A stretch of 64,000 nucleotides of DNA from contig JAQGDQ010000078.1 of assembly GCA_030141605.1 (NCBI GenBank), positions 496,001 through 560,000 on the forward strand, written 5' to 3'. Position numbers and translations under genes: made by a program. The notes beneath the pieces are model-generated. The model made no database searches, had not been told where the DNA came from, and worked only from the letters and a program-made list of their open reading frames with translations. This document shows, one piece after another, positions 40,401 through 50,797 of the stretch (position 1 is the first letter of the stretch; every line of letters starts with the position of its first letter). The stretch comes from Tubiluchus corallicola (Eukaryota > Animalia > Priapulida).

Positions 40401-43400
40401 GATGTTTAACTGCAATTAGTAAGAATAACAGGCCTTGAATTAATCAGCTATGTGCCCACAGGTATAGAGAAATAAAATATTTGCTGTACCTGCCAAGAGA
40501 TGATACCTACCAGCTTATGAGTTACAAAGCTTACATATGCAGGTTTGTTCTGGATCAAAACAAAGGTTGGAGCAAATTTTATGGTGAAAGTTGAACTAAA
40601 CTTTTTAATCCTGACAAAATGCTATTAGACATTTGCTTGGGCAAATGAGTTGTTTTCTTTGCATAGTTATTGGTACTTTGTCTAACTCATCAAATTGGCA
40701 GATGACAGGTTCAGAAAGAGATTATTTAACAGTGTAAAAATGTAAAAATTTGGAAGAACCTAATCTCTCATAATTGCAGAAATAAACTGCCTCTGATTCT
40801 TTAACAATTTAATTAATATTTTCTTGATGTCTTGCAATGCTATTTATATAAATAATGTGATCACGTAACTGTTGATACAATTTTACGACATATATGCAGT
40901 GGTTTTATATTTACATACATGATAATAAAATTGCAAATAAGATAATAACAACTAGATTTTAGTTACATTACAAGGCTGATCATAATAATGACATCATCAT
41001 TATTCATGCTATCAAAAACATAATTATAAACTACGAACATACCTATCAAAAAACCCAGATCATACCTGAGAAGAGCCAAATGGAATGAACATAGTATCAG
41101 CCCATAACTACTGTATAACTTGATATAAAAGAAATAGCAATGGGCTTACATAGACACAAAAAGCATTCGGTGAGTTAACCTAACAAATTAAGCCTAATCA
41201 AGAATAATTAACTAGAACGGGAAGGAATGCAGGCCTTGTGAGTCTTCAAATACAGTAAATGCATGAGCAAGTAATATTGTAAAGCCAGTCTGCCAGGTGC
41301 ATTAGTAAATGTCTGGTAATCAAATGATGCATGTCGCTTATTTCCCGACATGACATTTAAATTTAGTTATTATAATTGTTTTTTTGTAACTGTCATTCTA
41401 TATGAGATTGTATTAGTGCACATGTGATTTTTTAAATTGTCATTATAACACAATAGTGCATTTTTATGCATTTTCAGCGAACCTTAACTGCAATAAGTAA
41501 ATCCCAACTCTTAAACCAAATGCAATAATCAAATTTTCATAATAATTATAGATATTCAAAAAGTCACGTCAATGAGCAATTCATAGGCATTTATTTGCAA
41601 GAGGCTGATGAATAACAAAATTAGTGCTTAGTAGAACGAAAAATTCATCATTTAGTGATAAAATTAATGCATGGGCAGCAAAATGCCATTGACATTGAAA
41701 CGAATCCTCAGCAAAATGCTCTAAACTTGTTATCTAAACACACATTAAAAATTGTTGATGCAGAAAATAATATCAAACTTGTCAAACCTCAGCAAGTTTA
41801 TCTGTCTCAATGTAAGAAGAGAGAACTGATACATCACAGTGCTGAAAGATCTTTTGTGCATCCCGTCCTAACAGTGGATCAACATCCAGAACCTTCTGCT
41901 TCAGCGCCAAACCTAACAAAAAGGTGTCATCTTTCTCCAAGGCCTTAGCAACGTAGTGCATACAAGCTGAAATGCACAATTGTTGAAATGTACAATTGCT
42001 GAAATGCACAATTGCCGAAATGGACAATAACATAATGTGCAGCCCATGTAATACAGAAGTCGCTTAGTAAATCCAAGAATAATAAATCCAGCTGCTTAAT
42101 ATATCAATTCAGCCTCACATGAAGGTGGATTTATTAAGCGGAGTACACTGTAGTTACAAACTGTGTACCTACATAAATTTTGAATCAATACCCATTATTC
42201 GTATCTGGAGATGATTCACACACTGTTTCTACTAATTAAAAATTAATCATTTCAGAAGTATAATAATATGAAAAAAATTTCTAAGACTTGTCAAAACCTC
42301 TTTTAAAGTACATGATAGTACATGGCATTTTTTGTATGGGATGTACAAACAATGAGTACTACAACAGAACAATTCATTATATCAAAGTATCGTTGGAACA
42401 ATAGTGAATCTCTCATGCCCTCAAAATTTGGTGAGTACGGTCTCGTAGGTCTAGCACAGCTTGCGAAGGGCATGATTGGAGCAGTAACTCGGACAACACA
42501 CTTGGGCGACATCTCTCAACATCCTGTTCAATGAGCTTGTGAGACACCTTTATAGATGCATCAGAAGCATATCTGTTCATTACTGATCAATGCCATGTTT
42601 TTTATCATCTCAGCATCCCTCTATCATTCAGGATAGTTTGACTGCAGGGTTAAAGTCTAGTGAATCTTCAGGCCATACAGTCCAGTTTAACAAATTAATC
42701 CGGAGTTTAAACTCACTGCTCTAATCATACTCCTCAAGACTGCAGAGTATGCAAGACACAAGAGGCTTTCACTTGAAGGCCCAATAGATTCTCTATTGTT
42801 TCTATAATATTTTGATGTAATAAAATGCTTTGTATGTAAACAAGAATGTTTACTAATCATTAGAAAATAAAGATTTTTATTACAAGCAAATACAACAAAC
42901 ATCGCAAGAATAAAGCATAAGTGCAATTTTAAGTAAAAGCTGATTTCTTTCATACCAGGATAATCTCCTAGACCATATAACACATTAACGAGATTTTCCG
43001 TGCATGGCCAGAAATGTGGATTTCGGAGAAGTCCTTCTTCAAAAGCCATTTTGGCAACTAAGAATTCAGATTGAACTAGTGCAGCTTTGCCTATTTCATA
43101 CCATAAAGTGACATCACTGCAATCAATTACTAGAGCCTGAAGAAAAAAGTAAATAGCAGAAATTATAAAGCAGACATTTGTTTAGACATTTCTAGATAGT
43201 TTTCTCATTGTCGTTTAACAAATATATAAATAATTTTACAATTTAAAAATAATACTATTAAAAGTATTAATAACTAACAATTTATCTAGGACAACAGTTC
43301 ATATAGAAAAACTGCCAATGTACTTGAAGTTTGAATGAATTTAATCCAGAAGTTCAACTTAATGATGCTGTGAATGATCCACTAATTTCAATCCATCTTT

Positions 43401-45143
43401 GTAACTTTAACAAAAGAAATCTCACTTAAAGTGAGAAAAGCTTTCAGATACCATACTTACTTTTCAGCATAACTCAAAACGTGACAAAAACGACATTTGC
43501 TTTATAGAATAATGAAGCTCAGAATGTAGAACACGAAGAATGTAACTAAGAGAATTATAGTTTAGACAATTTTTTTGTTATCTCATTTCTATGCTTAATG
43601 AAAATTTTTTATGGTACTTCAGTGATGTTCATTCAGTCATCCAAATATTACTAAAAAATTCAAGATTTTATTTATTTAGCCAAAGAAAACCATTTAAACG
43701 ATTGTGGAATTATGAGTATCTACGAGTATTGCAACATAACACTATAGCATAACACAACTTAGCTCATAAATAATTATAATTGCATGTTAAGGCTGCTGTG
43801 GCTGAGGGGACTTAAAATGACAATACAGATGCAAGACCTAAAGAATACCCAAACAGCACTTAAAGCACTATCCACACATATTTTTTTAAATATGGCACGA
43901 TATCATAAACGAAGACTTGTTAATACAAAAACTAAAATATTTTATTGCTTAAGAATTTGTTTCATCACATTACATCAAAGCATGACTCAAAAATCTAACG
44001 TAATACCTGCAATAAGTACTCCAAAGCACCAACGTGATTTAGCTGCTGCTCACATAAATTAGCTAAATTCTTGTAAATGGAATACTTAAGCCGTAATTTC
44101 ACTGCCTTCTCATCGTTTTCAGTTATTTCCTCGTCAACAACCTAAAGCAAAATGCAAAATAGCATTGAACATTACTATGCAAATGCTAATTACGCAACCT
44201 CATTAAACTTTATTAATACACATTCCTACAAAGGAAATGAAAAGGCATGACTCTTGTATTCACAGCAGTGAACAGATTTCGGAATAAAAAAGCTTAAAAA
44301 AGCACAAAAGTACTAAACTCAGTACACACAACTATATCTTACTATGAGACCAACTAACAATTCATGTTACATCGATGTATAACAAATTTGTTGTACTGCT
44401 GAAAGTAAATTCCATTAGAACAGTATCATACGAAACTTCCGATTTAAAATTTAAATACTTTTTAATCTACATATAGTTTCTAAAAAGTGCTTACTTCTTT
44501 CAAAAAGCCACATTCCAGCAATGAACAAAATGAATTCTTCGCTTCATCTCTCTTTTCCAATTTGACTAACTGCAGAGCTTGATCATACAGCTTGTACACT
44601 TCTTGATACTAAAATATCGTACACAAATTTAATATTGAACATAATTGCATTAAAAGCTAGGATCCACTTTTGCCAGTTCTGGATCCAGTTCCCGATCTAC
44701 AAATTAATGTAAAAGATATTTCATCTGTTCAAACGTTTGTTCATGTGGTTGCATCACCTGTAAATTTTCAGGGTCACTCAGTAATTTTAAATGGAAACAC
44801 TGCAAACGTTGATTTACTGTCATTTTGACCAGTTGATGTGCACTTGGTTTAAACTAAAAAAAGTACGCCAATACATGCTTTTACTGAAAATAGTTGTCAT
44901 GGTTTTGTCAGTTTTTATCTATTTCTTTCGGTTTCTTCTGTACAGGAGAGGTGATCATTTCCAAATATCCCAAACTTTTTTTTCAGCATTTGATTTAATA
45001 AAAAAGCTGTGTAAAATAGCACCACAGTAGAAGCTGGGCTCCTAGTAATTACTAACTTGTGACTCTTCTTTTGCAGTTTCAGACTCCTCCTCCTCACTGT
45101 CCTCTTCACTTGAACTGTCATTTAAAGCTGCAAACTTCAGCAT
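4365..45143 (-). CDS. CABIN1: Calcineurin-binding protein cabin-1 (HIRA histone H3.3 chaperone complex subunit), 36 coding exons, about 2252 aa
   Basis: Hand-spliced exons in transcript order: 45057-45143, 44495-44608, 44007-44141, 42956-43136, 41788-41966, 39979-40161, 38652-38874, 38443-38564, 37118-37256, 36795-36939, 35885-36088, 35051-35258, 34304-34400, 32964-33103, 32544-32624, 32225-32349, 30702-30878, 29543-29635, 26900-27104, 26276-26377, 24891-24948, 24652-24733, 23489-23554, 22010-22121, 21144-21305, 14994-15197, 14144-14233, 13021-13196, 10520-10929, 9728-9897, 9072-9191, 8065-8228, 7217-7280, 6920-7081, 6353-6433, 4365-6062. All GT-AG with matching phases, total 6759 nt. Peptides matching recalled vertebrate CABIN1: [165 protein letters not shown]. 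Confidence 0.95.
6669..6912. mobile_element. hAT-type MITE
   Basis: Ends CAGAATCAGATTTA and TAAATACGGCCCTG (degenerate CAGGGCCGGATTTA TIR), GGGCCC subterminal motifs, 8-bp TSD CGCTTACC (6661-6668) / CTCTTACC (6913-6920). Confidence 0.7.
8645..8830 (+). mobile_element. Degenerate 5S-rRNA-derived SINE-like head
   Basis: GAAGTTAAGCAATGTAGGTCTGGTTAATTGGGTGAC resembles the 5S internal promoter (AAGCTAAGCAGGGTCGGGCCTGGTTAGTACTTGGATGGGAGAC). Similar decayed heads near 18815-18870 and 51375-51430. Confidence 0.4.
11600..11920 (+). mobile_element. LINE (Rex1/L2-clade-like) ORF2 3' remnant
   Basis: [36 protein letters not shown] matches the D..HP...F..LPSG.RY......T....NSF C-terminal pattern. Confidence 0.6.
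13307..13446 (+). repeat. Dispersed repeat, copy 1 (direct copy at 25121-25260)
   Basis: About 140 bp alignable by eye: ATTTACCATGAGCATA(A/C)AAGCTTACAAT...GAAAGCATTAAATT...CAGCACCAGGAAGA in both copies. Confidence 0.85.
14345..14846 (+). repeat. Interspersed repeat, inverted relative to 27221-27590
   Basis: GGCAGGTGAGCCCAA..AGTGATGA.ATCACAAAT, GTGTTGCACATGTT, GCTAGTGCCC.TCTAA and GTGGTAATAATTCTTTCAC.CAAG all occur reverse-complemented in 27221-27590. Confidence 0.85.
15930..16045 (+). repeat. (TGAA)n microsatellite
   Basis: Perfect TGAA run from about 15964 with degenerate CGAA flanks. Explains the spurious HSFI-repeat ORFs. Confidence 0.95.
16801..20376 (+). CDS. Extracellular leucine-rich-repeat protein (signal peptide, LRRNT, about 4-5 LRRs, LRRCT, hydrophobic C-terminus/probable GPI anchor), 285 aa, nested antisense in CABIN1 intron 25
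   Basis: Exon 1 16801-17404: [21 protein letters not shown] signal-like; CPKLDYCNC...VTC cap; LRR-like [55 protein letters not shown]; donor TCAG|gtaact. Exon 2 20123-20376 after tttcag: [14 protein letters not shown]...GACFVP...FIC (canonical LRRCT NPxxCDC), short polar stalk, then [16 protein letters not shown]-stop. Phases match. Confidence 0.88.
19073..19446. mobile_element. hAT-type MITE (second copy at 61014-61373)
   Basis: TIRs CAGGGTCGGATTA / TAATCAGGCCCTG; 8-bp TSD ACTATGGT (19065-19072) / ACTATGGC (19447-19454). Confidence 0.85.
22405..23244. mobile_element. pogo/Tigger-like (Tc1-mariner superfamily) non-autonomous element
   Basis: TA|CAGTCAAACCCCATTATAAC ... GTTATAAAGAGATTTGACTG|TA; 16/20 TIR match and TA TSD. 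Confidence 0.8.
24130..24600 (-). mobile_element. LINE (L2/Crack-like) 3' remnant
   Basis: Minus-strand [14 protein letters not shown] zinc-knuckle-like C-terminal motif, heavily degraded. Confidence 0.5.
25121..25260 (+). repeat. Dispersed repeat, copy 2 (same family as 13307-13446)
   Basis: Direct alignment to 13307-13446. Confidence 0.85.
25335..25515 (+). repeat. (CT)n followed by (CTCA)n microsatellite
   Basis: Long perfect CT run then CACT tetramers. Explains the SL/ER dipeptide ORFs. Confidence 0.97.
25770..26030 (-). mobile_element. LINE (L2/Crack-like) ORF2 3' end
   Basis: YNTRN...[35 protein letters not shown] fits the YNTR..RT..G..GP..WN.LP..IK..S...FKK.LK.Y pattern. Confidence 0.7.
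27221..27590 (-). repeat. Interspersed repeat, inverted copy of 14345-14846
   Basis: See the partner copy; this one carries an internal deletion relative to it. Confidence 0.85.
29710..29857. repeat. Telomere-like (CCCTAA/TCCTAA)n tract bracketed by short inverted repeats; probable Helentron/HINE-like element
   Basis: Degenerate CCCTAA array at about 29736-29817, flanked by TTACAATTCCCCATAC and GTGTGGAGAATTGTAA (14/16 reverse complement). Confidence 0.6.
31267..31535 (-). mobile_element. tRNA-derived SINE with (CAT)n tail
   Basis: On the minus strand: A-box-like CTAGTGGTTACGCATT, B-box-like GTGAGTTTGATGC, body GGTAATACCAAAGAC-TGGTACC...CCCTGCCTGGC, 3' AAATAAAGG then (CAT)n. Confidence 0.7.
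32785..32876 (+). repeat. (GA)n / G-rich microsatellite
   Basis: Imperfect GA run. Confidence 0.95.
34495..34908. mobile_element. piggyBac-like MITE
   Basis: TTAA|CTCCTTC ... GAAGGAG|TTAA: inverted ends with TTAA on both sides. Confidence 0.6.
35292..35394 (-). pseudogene. Degenerate partial duplicate of CABIN1 exon 12 in the preceding intron
   Basis: Aligns to 35117-35221 ([35 protein letters not shown]) with two 1-nt deletions and no evident splice sites. Confidence 0.85.
37440..37830 (-). mobile_element. L2-type LINE 3' end
   Basis: [24 protein letters not shown] followed by a tail ..GTGAAGTGCCTTG..TAGACGCTTTACAAAATAAAT(ATT)n. Confidence 0.7.
39248..39725. mobile_element. hAT-type MITE
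   Basis: TIR TAGTGATGGG / CCCATCACTA; 8-bp TSD CTGCATAG / CTGCATGG; AATCGAT-like subterminal motifs. Confidence 0.8.
42365..42830. repeat. Degenerate inverted repeat (fold-back), arms about 42365-42490 and 42712-42830
   Basis: The reverse complement of the left arm aligns to the right arm (ACTGCTC.AATCAT...GA.GGC...AGATTC.CTATTGTT...AT.TTTGAT.TAAT.AA.TG). Confidence 0.7.
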
Positions 45144-48100
45144 CGTTTCTCTTTGCAAAACGCTGACTGTTTCACAGCAAATGTCAGTCTATTATTTCAC
45201 TGAAAAGAAAAAATCTTTTACAAGCAACTTCCGTTCAATGTTACTGTAGATCGACAGGGCGAAGCCTAGTGTAAGTAGGCTTCTTGTCCATAGTTGTCTC
45301 TCGTTATTTTACAGCTGACTTGAAAAGTTTGCACTCTCGAAGAATTTAGTTGCTCCACTTTTTAAAAAGTTTTAATGTTGGTGCAACTGAGACGACTACA
45401 TACTCAAGCTGGGCTGAATTTATGCTGGAAAACTTGCATAGCACTGTTCTACACAAGTTTAGAATTATGTAGCAATCTTACAGTACTATACAGGCCAAAT
45501 TCATAGTATTATTGTACGTAAAAATCGTTGTAAAAGTGTTGTGTGAAAGTAAATTATCTATCTATAAGTATGACATATTTGTATAATTCTGATTCCACTC
45601 ACAAAATCCACTTTCCTGTTGTGCACTTGTCCATATTGCTTGCGCAATTTAATGATATACGCAACAGCAATTCGCTGCGACCATAACGTCAAAAAAACGT
45701 TCTGCCGCAACCAATCTGACCATAATTATTTGACATGCCCGCGACTGCACAGTCATAGACATAGAACTTTTATTTCCTCCAATATAGTATTACAGCAAAA
45801 GTTTGTTAAATAACAAATAATTGTAATCATGAAGCAGGGTAAGGAGGGACCATGCGATCATCTAGTCTCCTGCCCTTTCATATAGACAGATTGGTATAAT
45901 ATTATTAAAAATAAATGGTGATGCTGCAGATAACAAAAACAAAAAGCAAAAATAGTACAAATTGTAAAAAAAACTAAGAATAAAAAATAATAAAGTTAAA
46001 TACATAAATCCAAGCAAAAGAATGCAAACTGCCTGTCGCCTGACTGCCTGTACATCTGTGATTTAAAGCATACCACACAACTCAAATTATTTCTTCCCTG
46101 AGGCAACATAAAATTACTGTGATAAACATTTAGAACTAGCAAACCTACAGAGGAAATGGGAAAAACCAAAGCTATTTCCAATTGCCATTTCCAGGCCATA
46201 ACATTTTAAAGTTAAAGAAATCGTCACTAATAAGAAACCTTTAATATAAATTTTGTAAGAAATTACAATTAATCAGAGATTCAAATGTGCAAAAAAGGGA
46301 AATTGCCAAAACTATGTGTAACAAAATGTTTTATTATTTGTTAGAAGAACCTGTTAGACAAACACAGCTTAAAAGTACATTAAAACGTTCAATAAAAAGA
46401 AGTAATAGAAATACTGTTAATAACTGCAGAAATTTCCTGATGTCAATCACAGGAAGGCTTGGCAACCTCAATCTATAAAAATTGGTAAGTCTCAAAAAGC
46501 TAAATAAATGTCACAAAAAGCATTAAATAGGAATTTGAATCTAGAATTAGAATCTGCACGTGTTATAGAAAATTTGGAAACTTCTGAAAGCAGCAAGTCT
46601 AAGTGAATAACTGCCTAATCTCTCCTTCAAAATGTAAACAGTAAGAAACGAGTATAAACAGTGGCATGCTCTGTTGACTAGCATTATAGAACTGCGAAGT
46701 GTCCATACACTATAAACTGCAATATTCGTTTTAAATTAGAAAATTAACTTATATACTGGTGACTGAAAAAAACTTGTTCCTCAAAAGGTATAACATTATA
46801 ACAAGAAGATGGATTGGGGTTTGCCACAATATTATATTGGACTTCAAACAAAATCCAGCTTTACCAGTAATCCTTCTTTCTTTCAAACTTCTCTGCAGAA
46901 GTTTCTCGGGCATAACATCTACACTATGTATGGTGGAGTAAAAACGTTCTAGTGATTTCACCAATTCATCACAACATTGTTGTTGAAAAGTACCAATATA
47001 AATGATATAATTTTAGTGAATACGCATTATCACTATTGTGGTGAACATTGGACACATTGTCTATTCACAGTTGATAGGAAGCACTGCAGGCCTGAAGAGA
47101 TCCAACTGTGAAAATTGGGAGCCACTGATTTACAGGTGTGTTAGGTCTTTTATAAACTTAGTTTGGCATGTCATAGTCAATTAATAGTTGGCTGACTTTA
47201 GAAAAGGTACAACTGAATATTCACATGCCTAGCTCCTAGTGGACACAAACAAAGCAAAAGTATCTACAATACACTCCAAAATTGGATAAATACCTAAAGT
47301 TTGGTCTAATGTAAAGTATAACTTTCTTGTCAGGAATCCGTGTTGCATTAAATTAAAGATCAACACCAGTGCGAGCATATTAGAAGGGTTGCAAATTAAT
47401 ACAGGGCTATTAAAGTGATTCCTGAATTTAAAAACCTACAGTACCGCCTTTGTAGAACAAGCTCATTCACAACAGCTCTAATTACATGGATGCTGGAACT
47501 TGATGTAGTGAATACAATATAGAAAAAAGATTACAATTTCATGAAATAAATGTGTATCATGACCGTGTTATAACATTACAAGGCAAATACTACGAGCTCT
47601 AGGTTTTCCTCGAAAACTATAAGTAACATTTTGAGATAACATAGTGCTGGGCTAAAGCTAGACCATTTTAATTCAGTAAAATAGAGTTAACCCAATAAAT
47701 TGTTTACTAAGAATTTTTCCATAATGCATAAATACAGTCAGGACAGATCAGGTAACAATGGCTGTTAGAAAATAATTACATTAATGTGTATAGAGAATAT
47801 GCCATAGTGACACGTTTCTTGCCACAGGACTTAGTTGGCAAACATGATGTTGGCGGTTGGTTAATGGTTCAGGTTTAACTTTTTAGTTACAGATATGTTA
47901 CCATGGCAATTATGAATTGAATATGCGTTACCATTAACACAGAAAAATGTATGACACTGCCTAATCAGTAACTGTATTCATTGCCTGCATGCAGAATTTA
48001 TATCTGAATGACGTAGTACTTAGGTATAGTTTACCAAATACATGAACCTAAGATTGTATAATAATGTTAACAATAATAATGATCATGATTGTGACAACGT

Positions 48101-48229
48101 CAATGATAATATTGATGACAATGATAATGACAATAATTGTAATGGTAACGATAATTATAATGATAAAATGACTATATAAAATTTTATTATAATGAAAATT
48201 ATAACGATGATCATGATGATGATTGACAA

Positions 48230-48532
48230 GCGCCGCACAAAAAAATCTTATTCTTAACGTGAAACTCTGTCATAATTGGTGGCCTTTCTTGACCTATGTT
48301 CAAATTCCGGAGAAGGACATAGAAAAAGTGGCAGATCCGCACGATGCGTAAATATGTCTAATGCGCTAGACATGATGGCGCGAAGTTTTGTATTTTTGCT
48401 GTATCGGTAAATACATACAAAATATATAAAGGTAGCGTTTCTGGAGCTGACCGGCCACTGGCACAGCAGTGTCTCGTTTTTTTGCTGGATTATAGAGCTG
48501 TTATGAATGAACGTGTTCTACGAATTCTGCAG
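48230..48532 (+). promoter_or_regulatory. CpG-enriched candidate promoter and non-coding first exon of DNAJC9
   Basis: Local CpG rise. ATGGCGCGAA (YY1-like/E2F-like) near 48375, TATATAAA near 48423, donor-like CAG|gtatct at 48532. The DNAJC9 ATG exon has a branch point and acceptor (ctaac...ttttag at 53046), so an upstream exon is implied. Confidence 0.45.
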
Positions 48533-48899
48533 GTATCTTAATTGCCCTGTAATGTATTAAATTTGTAACCCTTCTAATAATAGTAATATTTTCACACTAG
48601 TGCTGGTCTTTAATTTAACGCAACACGGATTCCAGTCAGGAAAGTCATATTCTGCAATCTACATTACGCCAAACTTTAGGTGTTCATCCAATTTTGGAAT
48701 ATTGTGTATACTTTAACAATCAGCCTAGAGTAAAGTTCCACGGCTGAGGAGATGATTTTAAGCATCCATATCATTGATTACTGCTGTGTTCACCTGTTTG
48801 AAGGCTAGATTCATTTATTTTATATATCTGCCTGCTCAATGTCTACAACAGATGTGATGATGTACTTATAACTTCATGCTGCTATCTAATAAGTTTTGG

Positions 48900-50061
48900 G
48901 GCGCTATTACACTTTCGCACCGCCTAGTTTTTTCTAGGTTATTACTCGTTTCTAGGCTCGTAGGTCATTATTCTATTATTCTCACGTCATCAGTGAATGT
49001 TTCCGCTAATCTCGTGGTAATTTAATCCTATATTTAGGTATAATTACCAATAACACAATAATTACCAACAATACAGGTATAATAGGTATACGCTGTATTC
49101 ACAGTTCTACACCTATACAGTTCGTATCGCCATCTTGTTTGTGTGTGTAGTCACGTGACGAATTTCGTACTAGTTTATGCATTATCAGGGCCTAGCTTAA
49201 AAGGCACGTGACACACTTTCATCTTCACAGCATTTACGAAATAAAGAAAAAACCTTTACTTTTTTATAATCTAATAGTAATAATACTACAGTAATAAATA
49301 AAATTAATGATAAATAACTGTAGTGGTCTAAAATAATTTCCTCGTATATGCCAGCTTGGGTCTGACTATACATTGGGTCTGACAGAAAAGACAATGACTG
49401 GCACAGGATTATAATGGCATTTTAGGCTTATATACTCATTATCACCACCATTATCGTTATCGTCATCACTACCACTATTCTGATGCCATCATCATTATGC
49501 ATGTACAACTTATAGTAGCTTATACAATTTTGGTCTATGAGTACGGGGGGGAATGTAGTGGGAAGCATATTTACAAAGCTGAATGTAATGACAATAATGA
49601 TGATGACAACGTCCGTACATATATACATACACACACGCGTGCGCGTGTAATTAAAAACAGATATGTACGCTTGTAATTAATTATTATATACAGTGTTCCC
49701 TCACTTATCGTGGGTGTTCCGTTCCAGGCCCACCCTTGATACGATACAAACTCCCGTGACTGCAACCCTAATAATCATAAATTATGCGAAGAAACTAAAA
49801 ATACATGTTAAGGGCCACATCATCACTGCGCGAGAGCGATTGCGCATTAGTGGTGTAAACACAGTTATTCACGTGGAGCTTTTTGCGTGATGGTGGCGGT
49901 AAGTAATGTATGATTTTAATCTGGAATTATAATGTCTAAAAACCAATAATATTATGGGAATATGGTGTATATTACGCCTGTTGGTCTGCTTTCTGGCCTG
50001 CAGGCGTGAAAACAACCAATAGGCCAGAAAAAACTAGGCGGTGTGAAAGTGTAATAGCGCC
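48900..50061. mobile_element. Young non-autonomous DNA transposon with 9-bp TSD (Mutator/MULE- or Merlin-like)
   Basis: TIR GGCGCTATTACACTTTC(G/A)CACCGCCTAGTTTTTTCT at both ends with one mismatch in 36 bp. Perfect TSD AAGTTTTGG at 48891-48899 and 50062-50070. No transposase ORF. Confidence 0.9.
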
Positions 50062-50303
50062 AAGTTTTGGTAATAAAATAAAAATCCATTCTTTTGCCAA
50101 GTTTTGGTATACCCAATATTGGCAGTAATGCAAATCTTGCAAATAGTGATGAATTTAGTAGTGGTTTTAGATTTGAACGAACTGCTTTGATACTAAAACA
50201 TGCATATTATAATACAGATGTTTTAAGTGGATTTTTCAAACTAAAACTTCCCTTCCCGAACACGATACTGTTCGGTGTTCCTGATAATGTGACTGCTGAC
50301 TTA

Positions 50304-50797
50304 CCGTCTATACCTATGTACAAGTCGAATTTTTGGGAGGCGATTTTAAGGTGAAATTTTTGGGGTTGACTTATACTTACGATATGTTTTTGGGAGATGT
50401 CGCTAAAGAATCATCTACAATACGAATATGCAAAGAAATAATCCTTCATTATATCCTGGCAGCGATATCCTAGGGTTAAAAGGCATTACAAACAATTATG
50501 CTCAATGAAAGGCCAGGCTGCATTATCATGGATTGCATTGAGGGCCCTCAACATGAATATATATATATATATACATCGGGTAGGTATAATATATACTCGG
50601 CCCAGGCATTTGCACGTATCTTACACACTAACACAGTAGGCTATTGATTTATTACTCGGCCATTGTTGACATCTTTTACTCTGGAAGATCTTAATATTTT
50701 GTAGTCGACTTGTACACAGGTAATATATAAAATGATGCAATTTTTGGTCTTAAAATGCACGTCGACTTGTACATAAGGTTGACTTGTATATATGCGG
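50304..50797. mobile_element. pogo/Tigger-like MITE
   Basis: TA|CCGTCTATAC...TATATGCGG|TA with repeated subterminal GTCGACTTGTAC / GTACAAGTCGA motifs. Confidence 0.7.

Noticed and set aside
47085-47125. Another hammerhead (CTGAAGAG...GAAA)
   Set aside because: No stem II pairing between the core boxes; probably chance.
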